Part shown: positions 49,516 through 60,530 of the stretch, in pieces
How the letters are laid out: every line of letters begins with the position of its first letter
How positions within the stretch are numbered: position 1 is the stretch's first letter
Sequence record: OR525702.1
Source: Escherichia phage vB-Eco-KMB23
Length of the DNA stretch: 64,000 nt
Direction: 5' to 3' (one strand)
The notes under the pieces: model-generated
What the model was told of the DNA's origin: nothing
Databases searched by the model: none
The model's input: only the letters and a program-made list of their open reading frames with translations
Made by a program: the position numbers and the translations under genes

Positions 49516-50265
49516 ATGGCAAACATTATTCGTTGTAAATTACCAGATGGTGTTCATCGTTTTAAACCATTTACGGTAGAAGATTATCGAGATTTTTTGT
49601 TAGTTCGAAACGATATAGAACATCGGTCACCACAAGAACAAAAAGAAATAATTGCTGATTTAATTGCCGATTATTTTGGAGACTATCCGAAGACTTGGCA
49701 ACCATTTATATTTTTGCAGGTATTTGTAGGGTCAATAGGTAAAACTAAAGTACCGGTCACATTTGTATGTCCAAAATGTAAAAAAGAAAAGACAGTTCCA
49801 TTTGAAATATATCAAAAAGAATTAAAGGAACCTGTTTTTGATGTAGCTAATGTTAAAATTAAATTAAAGTTTCCTTCTGAGTTTTATGAAAATAAAGCAA
49901 AGATGATTACTGAAAATATTCATTCCGTTCAAGTAGATGAAATGTGGTATGACTGGAAGGAAATTAGCGAATCAAGTCAAATAGAACTTGTTGATGCCAT
50001 CGAGATAGAAACATTAGAAAAAATTCTCGATGCAATGAATCCTATTAATTTAACATTACATATGTCATGTTGTAATAAGTATGTAAAAAAATACACTGAT
50101 ATAGTAGATGTGTTTAAGCTATTAGTTAACCCAGATGAAATATTTACTTTTTATCAAATTAATCACACACTCGTAAAAAGTAATTATAGCTTAAATTCAA
50201 TAATGAAAATGATTCCTGCTGAGCGCGGATTCGTATTAAAACTGATTGAGAAGGATAAACAATAA
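49516..50265 (+). CDS. 51: gp51 baseplate hub assembly catalyst
   Basis: 249 aa. Confidence 0.9.
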   Translation: MANIIRCKLPDGVHRFKPFTVEDYRDFLLVRNDIEHRSPQEQKEIIADLIADYFGDYPKTWQPFIFLQVFVGSIGKTKVPVTFVCPKCKKEKTVPFEIYQKELKEPVFDVANVKIKLKFPSEFYENKAKMITENIHSVQVDEMWYDWKEISESSQIELVDAIEIETLEKILDAMNPINLTLHMSCCNKYVKKYTDIVDVFKLLVNPDEIFTFYQINHTLVKSNYSLNSIMKMIPAERGFVLKLIEKDKQ

Positions 50266-51440
50266 TGAGTATGTTGCAACGCCCAGGATATCCAAATCTC
50301 AGCGTTAAATTATTTGATAGCTACGACGCTTGGAGTAATAATAGATTTGTTGAATTAGCTGCTACTATTACCACATTAACTATGCGGGATTCTCTTTATG
50401 GCCGAAATGAAGGAATGCTGCAGTTTTATGATTCTAAAAATATCCATACAAAAATGGATGGAAATGAAATAATTCAGATTTCTGTAGCTAATGCAAACGA
50501 TATTAATAATGTTAAAACACGAATTTATGGATGTAAGCATTTTTCAGTGTCAGTAGATTCAAAGGGTGATAACATCATTGCTATTGAATTGGGAACTATT
50601 CATTCTATAGAAAATCTTAAATTTGGCAGACCGTTTTTCTCTGATGCAGGTGAATCTATAAAGGAAATGCTTGGTGTCATTTATCAGGATCGCACGTTAT
50701 TAACTCCAGCAATAAATGCTATAAATGCTTATGTTCCTGATATTCCATGGACTAGCACATTTGAAAACTATTTGTCGTATGTTAGAGAAGTTGCTCTAGC
50801 TGTAGGAAGTGACAAATTTGTATTTGTGTGGCAAGACATCATGGGAGTTAACATGATGGACTATGATATGATGATAAATCAAGAACCGTATCCAATGATT
50901 GTCGGTGAGCCATCTTTAATAGGTCAATTCATCCAAGAATTAAAATATCCATTAGCATATGATTTCGTTTGGTTGACTAAATCGAATCCTCATAAACGCG
51001 ACCCAATGAAAAACGCTACTATCTATGCTCATTCATTTTTAGATTCTTCATTGCCAATGATTACTACAGGAAAGGGAGAAAACTCTATTGTAGTGTCAAG
51101 GTCAGGTGCTTATTCTGAAATGACTTATAGGAATGGATATGAAGAAGCTATTCGTCTTCAAACTATGGCACAATACGATGGCTATGCTAAATGTTCTACT
51201 GTCGGTAATTTTAACTTGACTCCTGGCGTTAAAATTATTTTTAATGATAGTAAAAACCAATTTAAAACAGAATTTTACGTTGATGAAGTTATCCACGAAT
51301 TATCTAATAATAATTCAGTAACTCATCTATATATGTTCACTAATGCAACGAAACTGGAAACAATAGACCCAGTTAAGGTTAAAAATGAATTTAAATCTGA
51401 TACTACCACTGAAGAAAGTAGTTCTTCCAATAAGCAATAA
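50265..51440 (+). CDS. 27: gp27 baseplate hub protein
   Basis: 391 aa. Confidence 0.95.
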   Translation: MSMLQRPGYPNLSVKLFDSYDAWSNNRFVELAATITTLTMRDSLYGRNEGMLQFYDSKNIHTKMDGNEIIQISVANANDINNVKTRIYGCKHFSVSVDSKGDNIIAIELGTIHSIENLKFGRPFFSDAGESIKEMLGVIYQDRTLLTPAINAINAYVPDIPWTSTFENYLSYVREVALAVGSDKFVFVWQDIMGVNMMDYDMMINQEPYPMIVGEPSLIGQFIQELKYPLAYDFVWLTKSNPHKRDPMKNATIYAHSFLDSSLPMITTGKGENSIVVSRSGAYSEMTYRNGYEEAIRLQTMAQYDGYAKCSTVGNFNLTPGVKIIFNDSKNQFKTEFYVDEVIHELSNNNSVTHLYMFTNATKLETIDPVKVKNEFKSDTTTEESSSSNKQ

Positions 51441-51918
51441 AGAAGTTTCTATTCCTAAAATGGGTCTTAAACATTATAACATTTTAAAAGATGTTAAAGG
51501 TCCTGATGAAAATTTAAAACTTCTTATTGATTCTATTTGCCCGAATTTATCACCGGCAGAAGTTGATTTCGTTTCCATTCATTTATTAGAATTTAATGGA
51601 AAGATTAAATCTCGTAAAGAAATAGATGGTTATACTTATGACATTAATGATGTTTATGTATGCCAAAGATTAGAATTTCAATACCAAGGAAATACATTTT
51701 ATTTTAGACCGCCTGGAAAATTTGAACAATTTTTAACTGTGAGCGATATGTTATCCAAATGCTTGCTTAAGGTCAATGATGAAGTTAAAGAAATTAATTT
51801 TCTTGAGATGCCAGCATTCGTTTTAAAATGGGCAAATGATATTTTTACAACTTTAGCAATTCCTGGCCCTAATGGTCCAATAACCGGAATTGGCAATATT
51901 ATTGGATTATTTGAATGA
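51385..51918 (+). CDS. 28: gp28 baseplate hub distal protein
   Basis: 177 aa. Confidence 0.9.
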   Translation: MNLNLILPLKKVVLPISNKEVSIPKMGLKHYNILKDVKGPDENLKLLIDSICPNLSPAEVDFVSIHLLEFNGKIKSRKEIDGYTYDINDVYVCQRLEFQYQGNTFYFRPPGKFEQFLTVSDMLSKCLLKVNDEVKEINFLEMPAFVLKWANDIFTTLAIPGPNGPITGIGNIIGLFE

Positions 51919-53687
51919 AAAAGCCACAAGAAATGCAAACGATGCGTAGAAAAGTTATTTCAGATAATAAACCAACACAGGAAGCGGCTAAATCCGCTTC
52001 TAACACTTTATCTGGACTTAACGATATATCTACGAAATTGGATGATGCTCAAGCTGCTTCTGAATTAATTGCTCAAACTGTCGAAGAAAAATCGAATGAA
52101 ATAATTGGAGCAATTGACAATGTAGAAAGCGCAGTGAGTGATACTACTGCTGGTTCTGAGTTAATTGCTGAAACTGTCGAAATTGGCAATAATATTAATA
52201 AAGAAATCGGTGAATCGCTCGGAAGTAAATTAGATAAATTAACGAGTTTACTCGAGCAAAAAATTCAGACAGCTGGAATTCAACAAACAGGAACTAGTTT
52301 AGCTACGGTTGAAAGCGCTATTCCTGTTAAAGTTGTTGAGGACGATACAGCTGAATCTGTGGGTCCTTTATTACCGGCTCCTGAAGCAGTTAATAATGAT
52401 CCTGATGCTGATTTTTTCCCTACCCCTCAGCCAGTTGAACCTAAACAAGAATCGCCAGAAGAAAAACAGAAAAAAGACGCATTTAACTTAAAATTATCTC
52501 AAGCTTTAGATAAATTAACAAAGACTGTTGATTTCGGATTTAAGAAATCTATTTCAATTACTGATAAAATATCAAGCATGCTATTTAAGTATACTGTCAG
52601 TGCTGCTATTGAAGCTGCTAAAATGACTGCAATGATATTGGCTGTTGTTGTTGGAATAGATCTGCTGATGGTTCACTTTAAATATTGGTCAGATAAATTT
52701 TCACAGGCATGGGATTTGTTTAGTACAGACTTTACTAAATTCTCTAGCGAAACCGGAACATGGGGTCCTTTATTACAGAGCATCTTTGGTTCTATTGATG
52801 AAATTAAAAAATTCTGGGAAGAGGGAGATTGGGGCGGTTTGACGGTAGCTATTGTAGAAGGGCTTGGAAAGGTTCTTTATAATTTAGGAGAACTTATTCA
52901 GCTTGGAATGGCTAAATTATCTGCTGCAATTCTTCGAGTCATTCCTGGCATGAAGGATACCGCTGATGAAGTAGAAGGAAGAGCACTAGAAAATTTCCAA
53001 AATTCTACTGGAGCATCTCTCAATAAAGAAGACCAGGAAAAAGTTGCAAATTATCAAGATAAACGAATGAACGGAGACCTTGGTCCGATAGCAAAAGGAT
53101 TAGATAAAATTGCTAATTGGAAAACTCGTGCATCTAACTGGATTCGTGGCGTTGATAATAAAGAAGCACTAACTACCGACGAAGAACGTGCAGAAGAAGA
53201 AGAAAAATTAAAGCAACTTTCACCAGAAGAAAGAAAAAATGCTTTAATGAAGGCTAATGAAGCCCGTGCCGCGATGATTCGTTTTGAAAAATACGCTGAT
53301 TCGGCTGATATGAGTAAAGACTCAACGGTTAAATCAGTTGAAGCTGCCTATGAAGACCTTAAAAAACGGATGGATGACCCGGATTTAAATAATTCACCGG
53401 CAGTTAAAAAAGAACTTGCTGCTAGATTTTCTAAAATTGATGCTACTTATCAAGAGCTCAAGAAAAATCAGCCTAATGCCAAACCTGAAACTTCTGCTAA
53501 ATCGCCAGAAGCAAAACAAGTCCAGGTAATAGAAAAGAACAAAGCACAGCAAGCTCCTGTTCAACAAGCATCTCCTTCAATCAATAATACTAATAATGTT
53601 ATTAAGAAAAATACTGTCGTTCATAATATGACACCCGTAACGAGCACGACTGCTCCTGGTGTATTTGATGCGACCGGAGTTAATTAA
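51915..53687 (+). CDS. 29: gp29 tail tape measure/baseplate hub
   Basis: 590 aa. Confidence 0.95.
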   Translation: MKKPQEMQTMRRKVISDNKPTQEAAKSASNTLSGLNDISTKLDDAQAASELIAQTVEEKSNEIIGAIDNVESAVSDTTAGSELIAETVEIGNNINKEIGESLGSKLDKLTSLLEQKIQTAGIQQTGTSLATVESAIPVKVVEDDTAESVGPLLPAPEAVNNDPDADFFPTPQPVEPKQESPEEKQKKDAFNLKLSQALDKLTKTVDFGFKKSISITDKISSMLFKYTVSAAIEAAKMTAMILAVVVGIDLLMVHFKYWSDKFSQAWDLFSTDFTKFSSETGTWGPLLQSIFGSIDEIKKFWEEGDWGGLTVAIVEGLGKVLYNLGELIQLGMAKLSAAILRVIPGMKDTADEVEGRALENFQNSTGASLNKEDQEKVANYQDKRMNGDLGPIAKGLDKIANWKTRASNWIRGVDNKEALTTDEERAEEEEKLKQLSPEERKNALMKANEARAAMIRFEKYADSADMSKDSTVKSVEAAYEDLKKRMDDPDLNNSPAVKKELAARFSKIDATYQELKKNQPNAKPETSAKSPEAKQVQVIEKNKAQQAPVQQASPSINNTNNVIKKNTVVHNMTPVTSTTAPGVFDATGVN

Positions 53688-53695
53688 GGAATAAT

Positions 53696-54790
53696 ATGGC
53701 AATTGTTAAAGAAATAACTGCTGATTTAATTAAAAAGTCCGGTGAGAAAATTTCAGCCGGACAGAGTACTAAATCAGAAGTAGCAACTAAAACATACACT
53801 GCCCAGTTTCCAACTGGGCGTGCTAGTGGTAATGACACTACAGGGGACTTCCAGGTAACAGATCTATATAAGAATGGATTATTATTTACTGCATACAATA
53901 TGTCATCTAGGGATTCTGGAAGTCTTAGATCGATGAGATCTAACTACTCTTCTTCATCTTCGAGTATTTTAAGTACAGCTAGAAACACTATTAGTAGTAC
54001 AGTATCAAAACTATCAAATGGATTAATATCAAACAATAATTCAGGAACAATAAGTAAAGCTCCTGTGGCAAATATTCTTTTACCGAGATCTAAATCTGAC
54101 GTTGATACATCATCACATAGATTTAACGATGTCCAAGAAAGCCTTATCAGCAGAGGCGGAGGTACTGCTACTGGCGTGTTAAGTAATATTGCTTCAACTG
54201 CAGTATTTGGGGCACTGGAAAGTATAACGCAAGGTATAATGGCTGATAATAATGAACAGATTTATACGACAGCTAGAAGTATGTATGGCGGTGCTGAGAA
54301 TAGAACTAAAGTGTTTACATGGGATTTGACGCCACGTTCAACAGAAGATTTAATGGCTATTATTAATATCTATCAATATTTTAACTATTTTTCTTATGGT
54401 GAAACGGGTAAATCTCAATATGCTGCTGAAATAAAGGGGTATTTAGATGATTGGTATCGTTCTACGTTAATTGAACCTTTATCTCCGGAAGACGCAGCTA
54501 AAAATAAAACACTATTTGAGAAAATGACATCGAGTTTAACTAACGTTCTAGTAGTTTCAAACCCGACAATTTGGATGGTGAAAAACTTTGGCGCAACATC
54601 TAAGTTTGATGGAAAAACGGAAATATTTGGCCCATGCCAAATACAGAGCATCAGATTTGATAAAACACCTAATGGTAACTTTAACGGATTAGCTATTGCT
54701 CCAAACCTCCCTAGTACATTTACTCTTGAGATTACTATGAGAGAAATTATCACGTTAAACCGTGCTTCTTTATATGCGGGGACTTTTTAA
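53696..54790 (+). CDS. 48: gp48 baseplate tail-tube junction protein
   Basis: 364 aa. Confidence 0.95.
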   Translation: MAIVKEITADLIKKSGEKISAGQSTKSEVATKTYTAQFPTGRASGNDTTGDFQVTDLYKNGLLFTAYNMSSRDSGSLRSMRSNYSSSSSSILSTARNTISSTVSKLSNGLISNNNSGTISKAPVANILLPRSKSDVDTSSHRFNDVQESLISRGGGTATGVLSNIASTAVFGALESITQGIMADNNEQIYTTARSMYGGAENRTKVFTWDLTPRSTEDLMAIINIYQYFNYFSYGETGKSQYAAEIKGYLDDWYRSTLIEPLSPEDAAKNKTLFEKMTSSLTNVLVVSNPTIWMVKNFGATSKFDGKTEIFGPCQIQSIRFDKTPNGNFNGLAIAPNLPSTFTLEITMREIITLNRASLYAGTF

Positions 54791-55755
54791 TGTATTCTTT
54801 AGAGGAATTTAATAATCAAGCAATAAACGCAGATTTTCAACGTAATAATATGTTTAGCTGCGTTTTTGCGACAACTCCATCAACTAAAAGCTCTTCGTTG
54901 ATAAGTTCAATTAGTAACTTTTCTTATAATAACTTGGGTCTAAATTCAGATTGGTTAGGATTGACTCAAGGCGATATTAATCAGGGAATTACCACGCTAA
55001 TTACTGCTGGCACACAAAAACTGATAAGAAAATCAGGGGTTAGTAAATATCTTATTGGTGCCATGAGTCAACGTACAGTTCAAAGTTTATTGGGCTCATT
55101 TACAGTTGGTACATATTTAATTGACTTCTTTAACATGGCATATAACTCATCTGGATTGATGATATATTCTGTAAAAATGCCAGAGAATAGATTATCCTAT
55201 GAAACTGACTGGAACTATAATTCTCCTAATATTCGTATAACTGGGAGAGAATTAGACCCTTTGGTTATTTCATTTAGGATGGATTCAGAAGCTTGTAACT
55301 ATCGTGCGATGCAAGACTGGGTTAACGCTGTTCAAGACCCAGTAACTGGATTGCGTGCTTTGCCACAAGATGTCGAGGCAGATATTCAGGTTAATCTTCA
55401 TGCTCGTAATGGATTACCTCATACTGCGGTGATGTTCACTGGATGCATTCCAATATCAGTGAGCGCTCCTGAGTTATCATATGATGGAGATAACCAAATA
55501 ACTACATTTGATGTTACTTTTGCGTATAGAGTGATGCAGGCTGGAGCAGTTGATAGACAAGCTGCGCTTGAATGGCTTGAATCTGCTGCTATAAATGGTA
55601 TTCAAAGCGTTCTCGGAAATAGTGGAGGTGTTACTGGACTATCTAATTCGCTTTCACGACTCAGTAGATTAGGTGGAACTGCAGGAAGCATTTCAAACAT
55701 TAATACTATGACAGGAATTGTCAATTCGCAAAGTAAAATATTAGGAGCAATATAA
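54790..55755 (+). CDS. 54: gp54 baseplate tail-tube initiator
   Basis: 321 aa. Confidence 0.95.
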   Translation: MYSLEEFNNQAINADFQRNNMFSCVFATTPSTKSSSLISSISNFSYNNLGLNSDWLGLTQGDINQGITTLITAGTQKLIRKSGVSKYLIGAMSQRTVQSLLGSFTVGTYLIDFFNMAYNSSGLMIYSVKMPENRLSYETDWNYNSPNIRITGRELDPLVISFRMDSEACNYRAMQDWVNAVQDPVTGLRALPQDVEADIQVNLHARNGLPHTAVMFTGCIPISVSAPELSYDGDNQITTFDVTFAYRVMQAGAVDRQAALEWLESAAINGIQSVLGNSGGVTGLSNSLSRLSRLGGTAGSISNINTMTGIVNSQSKILGAI

Positions 55756-55759
55756 CAAC

Positions 55760-55790
55760 GGGGACCTTTCGGTCCCCATATTTTTATTTG
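55760..55790. terminator. bidirectional terminator (ggggacc-tttc-ggtcccc + T-run)
   Basis: Between convergent gene 54 and alt-region genes. Confidence 0.6.
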
Positions 55791-56074
55791 CGGAATGAAA
55801 TGAAAGCAGAAACTGAAGCAACTAAACTATCTTCAATATAAACTTCAATTTTTACCGGAGCTTCTGACTCAAATTTACCTGTTACTACACCTTGGAAAAT
55901 ACTTTCAGTTTGTTCTGGCTTTGAAAAATTTTCAGAAGGAAAAATTCCGAACTTTTTATCTGTTCCAAAAATTTTAATAAATTCATCGTAAACTGCTTCA
56001 TTAAAAGCATTATCAACAGGAATAACGCCTTCAACTACAAGTTCTTGACCTAAAAAGCGTAAAGAAGATTTCAT
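55784..56074 (-). CDS. hypothetical protein (alt.-3-like position)
   Basis: 96 aa. Confidence 0.6.
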   Translation of the reverse strand: MKSSLRFLGQELVVEGVIPVDNAFNEAVYDEFIKIFGTDKKFGIFPSENFSKPEQTESIFQGVVTGKFESEAPVKIEVYIEDSLVASVSAFISFRK

Positions 56075-56134
56075 TTTGTGTTCCTCATGTTATGTCAGTA
56101 AGACTACTATAACACAACACGAGGGACTTGTAAA

Positions 56135-58192
56135 CTACATTTTGAACTTTTTAGACATTCCGTTGATGTTAACCAAAGAAGCTAAGATTTGAGAAACTTC
56201 GTTTTCCTCTTCTTTTGATTCTTCTACAAGGAATTGATTAAATCCAGTCATTGGACGAACTTCACCAGTTTCCATTAAATGGTCGCCATCATATACTGAT
56301 TCTTCTAATTGTTCAGAAGGAGGAACGATTGTGCCTTCGATTAAATACTTGTTATAAGCAGTTTCTTTCATCATGTACGTGCTCACTTTATTAATCTTCA
56401 GCAAAATTCCACGCGGTAAAATAACTTCAGCTTCTGATGGAAATCCTGATAAATGACCTGGAACGATAACTTTGATTCGCTCAGCCCCTTTAATTACCAT
56501 ACCTACGCTAGTTTCAGCATCTTCATTAGCATATGCGGAATGACTACCCATATGCATTAAATCTTCAGCATCAACTGAACCTTCTCCTTCACCAGAAAAT
56601 ACTGCACTGGAATCATCTAAAGCCATATAGTTTTTACCATACTCACCGAAGATATTTGGTTTAAGCGATGTTGATACGAAGTTCTTGAAATAGAACATTT
56701 TATTTTCAATATTATGGCGTAAAGTTTTAAAAGTAACTTCTTGTCCACGATAAAGCGTAGTTCCTGGAGGAAGAACTGATCCTTTGGCGAATGCAGAATC
56801 CAGCGTCTCGATGTGTTTAATAGCTCGTTCCATGTATTCTTCACGAGTAGAATCTGGTTTACCCAAGAGGAACGAGTTCATTTCAACATATGAATCTGCA
56901 CAATAATCTTCAATTACATCGGACTCAGCCTGAGTTAATCCTTTTGGGGGTACTTCAGTACTTGCATATTCATACGCTTGAGAAGCAGACTCATTAATCA
57001 ATTTATAAATGCCATTCATGACAAATTGAATAATAGCTACCTTTTCATCTGGCGTGGCTTTAGAACCTTTAACTAAATCATTGACAATTTTCTTAATAAC
57101 ATCAAAGCTATTAGAAATATTAATGTCAGCAAGATCGCTCAAAATTTTATCGGTTTTATAATCAAAGAATTCTTTATTCTTTAAATATTCCTGAGAACCT
57201 TGATATGTTATATCGCTCTGTAATTTAATAGATGGATCACGTAAACGCGCATGGGCCAATGCAATATGATTTCGGAAGCTTTCTAGTTCATAATCGTTAG
57301 ATTTAAAACGAGAAGCACTCCTCATACCACCGATAGCTCCTTTGCTGAAGTTTGAACCAATCTGAATAACGCCAGAGTTCATTGGTCCTTCTGCTTTATA
57401 TACCGGAACTTTAGATTCAAACTCTTGATATTTCTTAGCGGCGAAGCTATCACCCTGAAGTGAAGCATCAACAGTAGAATATTGAGCTTGTGCTGCTAAT
57501 CGACGACTAATTTTAGTTTTCTGAATAACAGCTTGATCCGTGCGCTTATCATTTTCTAAAGCAATAGAAGCAGCAACAGCAACAGCTTTAGGAACAGCAT
57601 TACCTGTTTTAACATCTACATAAACATCACCAACCTTTGATTCAACTTTTGTGAATAACTCAGTTGAAATAGGAGGTACACCTGGAATGTCTTCTAAATT
57701 GGCATTTTTACGGTAAACCATAATATATGCATACTTTTTATCATAATCCCAGATTTCCTTTAAAAGAACATATCGACCTGCTCCTTTAGTACGTACTAAA
57801 CGGTCAGCAATAACTTGCATTTGACGAGCAGCGCCATTTGTTTTACTTTTTAGTACGCGGAATAGGCATGCGTCAATTTTATACTGTTTCATTGTTTGAA
57901 GAGCAGTATCAAAAACCGCATTAATGACACCAATTGGATTTCCACCCAAGTTTTTAAGTTTAACTAATGATAGTTTCTCATTAACACCTATCATTACGAT
58001 ATGCATCATTTTATCGCCTGGCTTAACGTTTTTATTTGTATCACCGCCAGAGGTGTATGTACAAAATCTAAATCCAGGAAGCACGCTTTCTTCACCAGCT
58101 TGAATAGCAAAAATTTGAGGTATTTTATGCTTAGGATTTAAGTTAACAACCGGCGCCGAAGCGCCGTCAAATAATTCTGTAATAAGTTCCAT
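56135..58192 (-). CDS. Alt-family mono-ADP-ribosyltransferase paralog
   Basis: 685 aa; shares N-terminal MELITELFD... and C-terminal R...STS...EAEVILPRG (R-S-ExE) motifs with neighbouring alt. Confidence 0.85.
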   Translation of the reverse strand: MELITELFDGASAPVVNLNPKHKIPQIFAIQAGEESVLPGFRFCTYTSGGDTNKNVKPGDKMMHIVMIGVNEKLSLVKLKNLGGNPIGVINAVFDTALQTMKQYKIDACLFRVLKSKTNGAARQMQVIADRLVRTKGAGRYVLLKEIWDYDKKYAYIMVYRKNANLEDIPGVPPISTELFTKVESKVGDVYVDVKTGNAVPKAVAVAASIALENDKRTDQAVIQKTKISRRLAAQAQYSTVDASLQGDSFAAKKYQEFESKVPVYKAEGPMNSGVIQIGSNFSKGAIGGMRSASRFKSNDYELESFRNHIALAHARLRDPSIKLQSDITYQGSQEYLKNKEFFDYKTDKILSDLADINISNSFDVIKKIVNDLVKGSKATPDEKVAIIQFVMNGIYKLINESASQAYEYASTEVPPKGLTQAESDVIEDYCADSYVEMNSFLLGKPDSTREEYMERAIKHIETLDSAFAKGSVLPPGTTLYRGQEVTFKTLRHNIENKMFYFKNFVSTSLKPNIFGEYGKNYMALDDSSAVFSGEGEGSVDAEDLMHMGSHSAYANEDAETSVGMVIKGAERIKVIVPGHLSGFPSEAEVILPRGILLKINKVSTYMMKETAYNKYLIEGTIVPPSEQLEESVYDGDHLMETGEVRPMTGFNQFLVEESKEEENEVSQILASLVNINGMSKKFKM

Positions 58193-58195
58193 GAT

Positions 58196-60292
58196 TTATC
58201 CTTGAACGAACTTGTAAGGCATGTTTGTAATATCTATGCAAGACGCAATAATTCCAAGAGATGATTCTACTTTTTGTTTAACATTTGATGAAACAAATGA
58301 TGCAAAATCAACTCTGTCTTCTATTTCAATATCACCTGTCATTGCAACTACTTCACCAGTTTCCATTAGACGATCACCGTCATAAATTACTGATTCGGTG
58401 AGTTCTTCCGTAGTCATAACTTCAGCTTGAATGAGTTTTGTATTATTAGATGTTGTTCCGTCATTATTAGAAGCATCAGTTATTTTATTAACTTTGACCA
58501 TCAATCCGCGTGGTAGAATAACTTCAGCTTCTGTTGCTATTCCGAGACTTCCTGGATATACAACATTAACTTTATGAGCTCCATCAATTGCCCATCCTAT
58601 TTGAACTTTAACGTATTCAGGATTTTCTTTATACGCTCTTATTTCGTTTGGATTAATAGTTATTCCTTCTTCATTTTTATCAACTGTCAATTCATTACGA
58701 GCTTCTGGTTCTAAAAGACCAATACCAGCATGTGTAATTCCAAAACGTCCAAAAATGATAGGAGTTAAAGAAGTAGATACAAAATTTCTGAAATAGAATA
58801 CTTTATTTTTAACTAGTGCTTCGTATATAGGAGCAGTCATACTTTGAGCACGATAAACTGTAATGCCTTCTGGTATACGGTCACCATTTTCAAAAGCTGA
58901 ATCTAAGTTATTTATAGCAGATTCAATTTCTTTTTCACTCATTACATCATATCGTTCTGGATTGTAGCGTCCTAAAAGAAGATTATTGATGTCAGTATAT
59001 CCTGAACCACAATACTCTCTAATACCACGCTTTTGTGATGGAGTATATTTAGAACCATCACGAGCAATAGTAATATCAATCATTGGACCTGCACCAATTC
59101 CAGAAAAGCTATAAATCATTCGTTTGAGGAATTTAGTTTTTGCTGCGTTCCAGGAATTTTTAGTTATTTCTTCCCAGACTTCATCTGACTGCCCTTTACG
59201 AGTTTTATTATGTTTATCAAGCCAATTATCTTTATATTCTTCAAAGAATTGATTAACAGCTGCTGCGTATTTCTCTAAACATTTTATTGAAGTAGTTGGT
59301 TCATTTTTAATCGCATTAAGAATTACATCTTTAATTTTTTCAGAAACTTCATTAACCTCACTTTTTGAAAAGAATTTATAGTCATAATGAAGTTCATCTG
59401 CAGTTCCTTCAGCAATAATTTTTGCTGCTTTAGTTTTAGAAGCCAATGAATTAATTCCAAGTTTCATTTCTTCTGCTTCGGGAATTAAAGGAGCGGTAGC
59501 AGGTTTATTGAAATTAGCTGCGGTAGATTCATACTTCTGGAATAATTCACTTTCAAATCTAGAAGATTCTAATGATTGACTTTGTGCAATTGCTCTACGG
59601 GAAATTTTAACTTTAACGATTACAGCTTGGTCAGAACGTTTATCATTTTCTTGCGCAATAGATGCAGCAATTGCCTCATTTTTAGTTACTTGAGCTCCAG
59701 TATCTTTATTGATATAAACATCACCGACCTTCGATTCAACTTTAGTAAAGAGCTCGGTACTAATTTCCGGAACTCCTGGAATGTCTTCTAGTGATACATT
59801 TTTGCGATGTATAAGAATATATGCATACTTTTTATCGTAATCCCAGAGTTCCTTAAGAAGGACGTATCTGCCACCTGAACGACTGCGGATAAGTCTATCA
59901 GCAATAAGTTGAATTTGACGAGCTTGACCAGCAGTTTTAGACTTAAGAATACGGAGCATACAGGCATCAATTTTATACTGACGCATCGTCTGCATCGCAA
60001 CAGTAAAAACTGAATTGATGTAATTAATTGGGCTTGGACCGAGACCTTTTAATTTAGCAATTGAACCTTTAGCAGTTAATGTAAAAGGAACAATATGCAT
60101 CATTTTATCGCCCATCTTTAAATCGCGATTAGTATCACCTCCAGATGTATAGGTACATAAACGAAAGCCTGGTTGTTCAATTGCGTCATCAACATGAACT
60201 GAAAAAATTTGTGGTATTTTCTTCTTTGGATTTAAGTTTGTAATCGGAAGAGTAGTATCTTCGTCAAATAATTCTGTAATGAGTTCCATCAT
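58196..60292 (-). CDS. alt: Alt ADP-ribosyltransferase (packaged, modifies host RNA polymerase)
   Basis: 698 aa (start may be second Met, 60289); YRAQ...STS...EAEVILPRG motifs; late promoter upstream. Confidence 0.88.
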   Translation of the reverse strand: MMELITELFDEDTTLPITNLNPKKKIPQIFSVHVDDAIEQPGFRLCTYTSGGDTNRDLKMGDKMMHIVPFTLTAKGSIAKLKGLGPSPINYINSVFTVAMQTMRQYKIDACMLRILKSKTAGQARQIQLIADRLIRSRSGGRYVLLKELWDYDKKYAYILIHRKNVSLEDIPGVPEISTELFTKVESKVGDVYINKDTGAQVTKNEAIAASIAQENDKRSDQAVIVKVKISRRAIAQSQSLESSRFESELFQKYESTAANFNKPATAPLIPEAEEMKLGINSLASKTKAAKIIAEGTADELHYDYKFFSKSEVNEVSEKIKDVILNAIKNEPTTSIKCLEKYAAAVNQFFEEYKDNWLDKHNKTRKGQSDEVWEEITKNSWNAAKTKFLKRMIYSFSGIGAGPMIDITIARDGSKYTPSQKRGIREYCGSGYTDINNLLLGRYNPERYDVMSEKEIESAINNLDSAFENGDRIPEGITVYRAQSMTAPIYEALVKNKVFYFRNFVSTSLTPIIFGRFGITHAGIGLLEPEARNELTVDKNEEGITINPNEIRAYKENPEYVKVQIGWAIDGAHKVNVVYPGSLGIATEAEVILPRGLMVKVNKITDASNNDGTTSNNTKLIQAEVMTTEELTESVIYDGDRLMETGEVVAMTGDIEIEDRVDFASFVSSNVKQKVESSLGIIASCIDITNMPYKFVQG

Positions 60293-60313
60293 ATCCTCTC
60301 TAGTGTTTATTCT

Positions 60314-60321
60314 ATTTATAA
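60314..60321 (-). promoter_or_regulatory. late promoter TATAAATA for alt
   Basis: Plus tatttata about 22 nt upstream of alt ATG. Confidence 0.6.
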
Positions 60322-60326
60322 AATTA

Positions 60327-60344
60327 AAGGCCCGAAGGCCTTTA
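60327..60344 (-). terminator. hairpin terminator (aaaggcc-cgaa-ggccttt) downstream of small ORF / upstream of alt
   Basis: Perfect inverted repeat. Confidence 0.5.
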
Positions 60345-60530
60345 ATAATCTATTGGTAAGAGAGTACGATATATTTCAAACTTTGGACCTTTTTCATAAG
60401 CATCAAATGTTTCTGTGAATTTATTATAAGCATATGCATCTATAAATTCAATCATAATTTGTGATACAGAAGTAGAAACATCTCCACCTTCTTTTTGAGC
60501 AACGACAATTGTTTCTAAGTAAGCTTTCAT
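60342..60530 (-). CDS. hypothetical protein
   Basis: 62 aa ORF overlapping ligase stop. Confidence 0.55.
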   Translation of the reverse strand: MKAYLETIVVAQKEGGDVSTSVSQIMIEFIDAYAYNKFTETFDAYEKGPKFEIYRTLLPIDY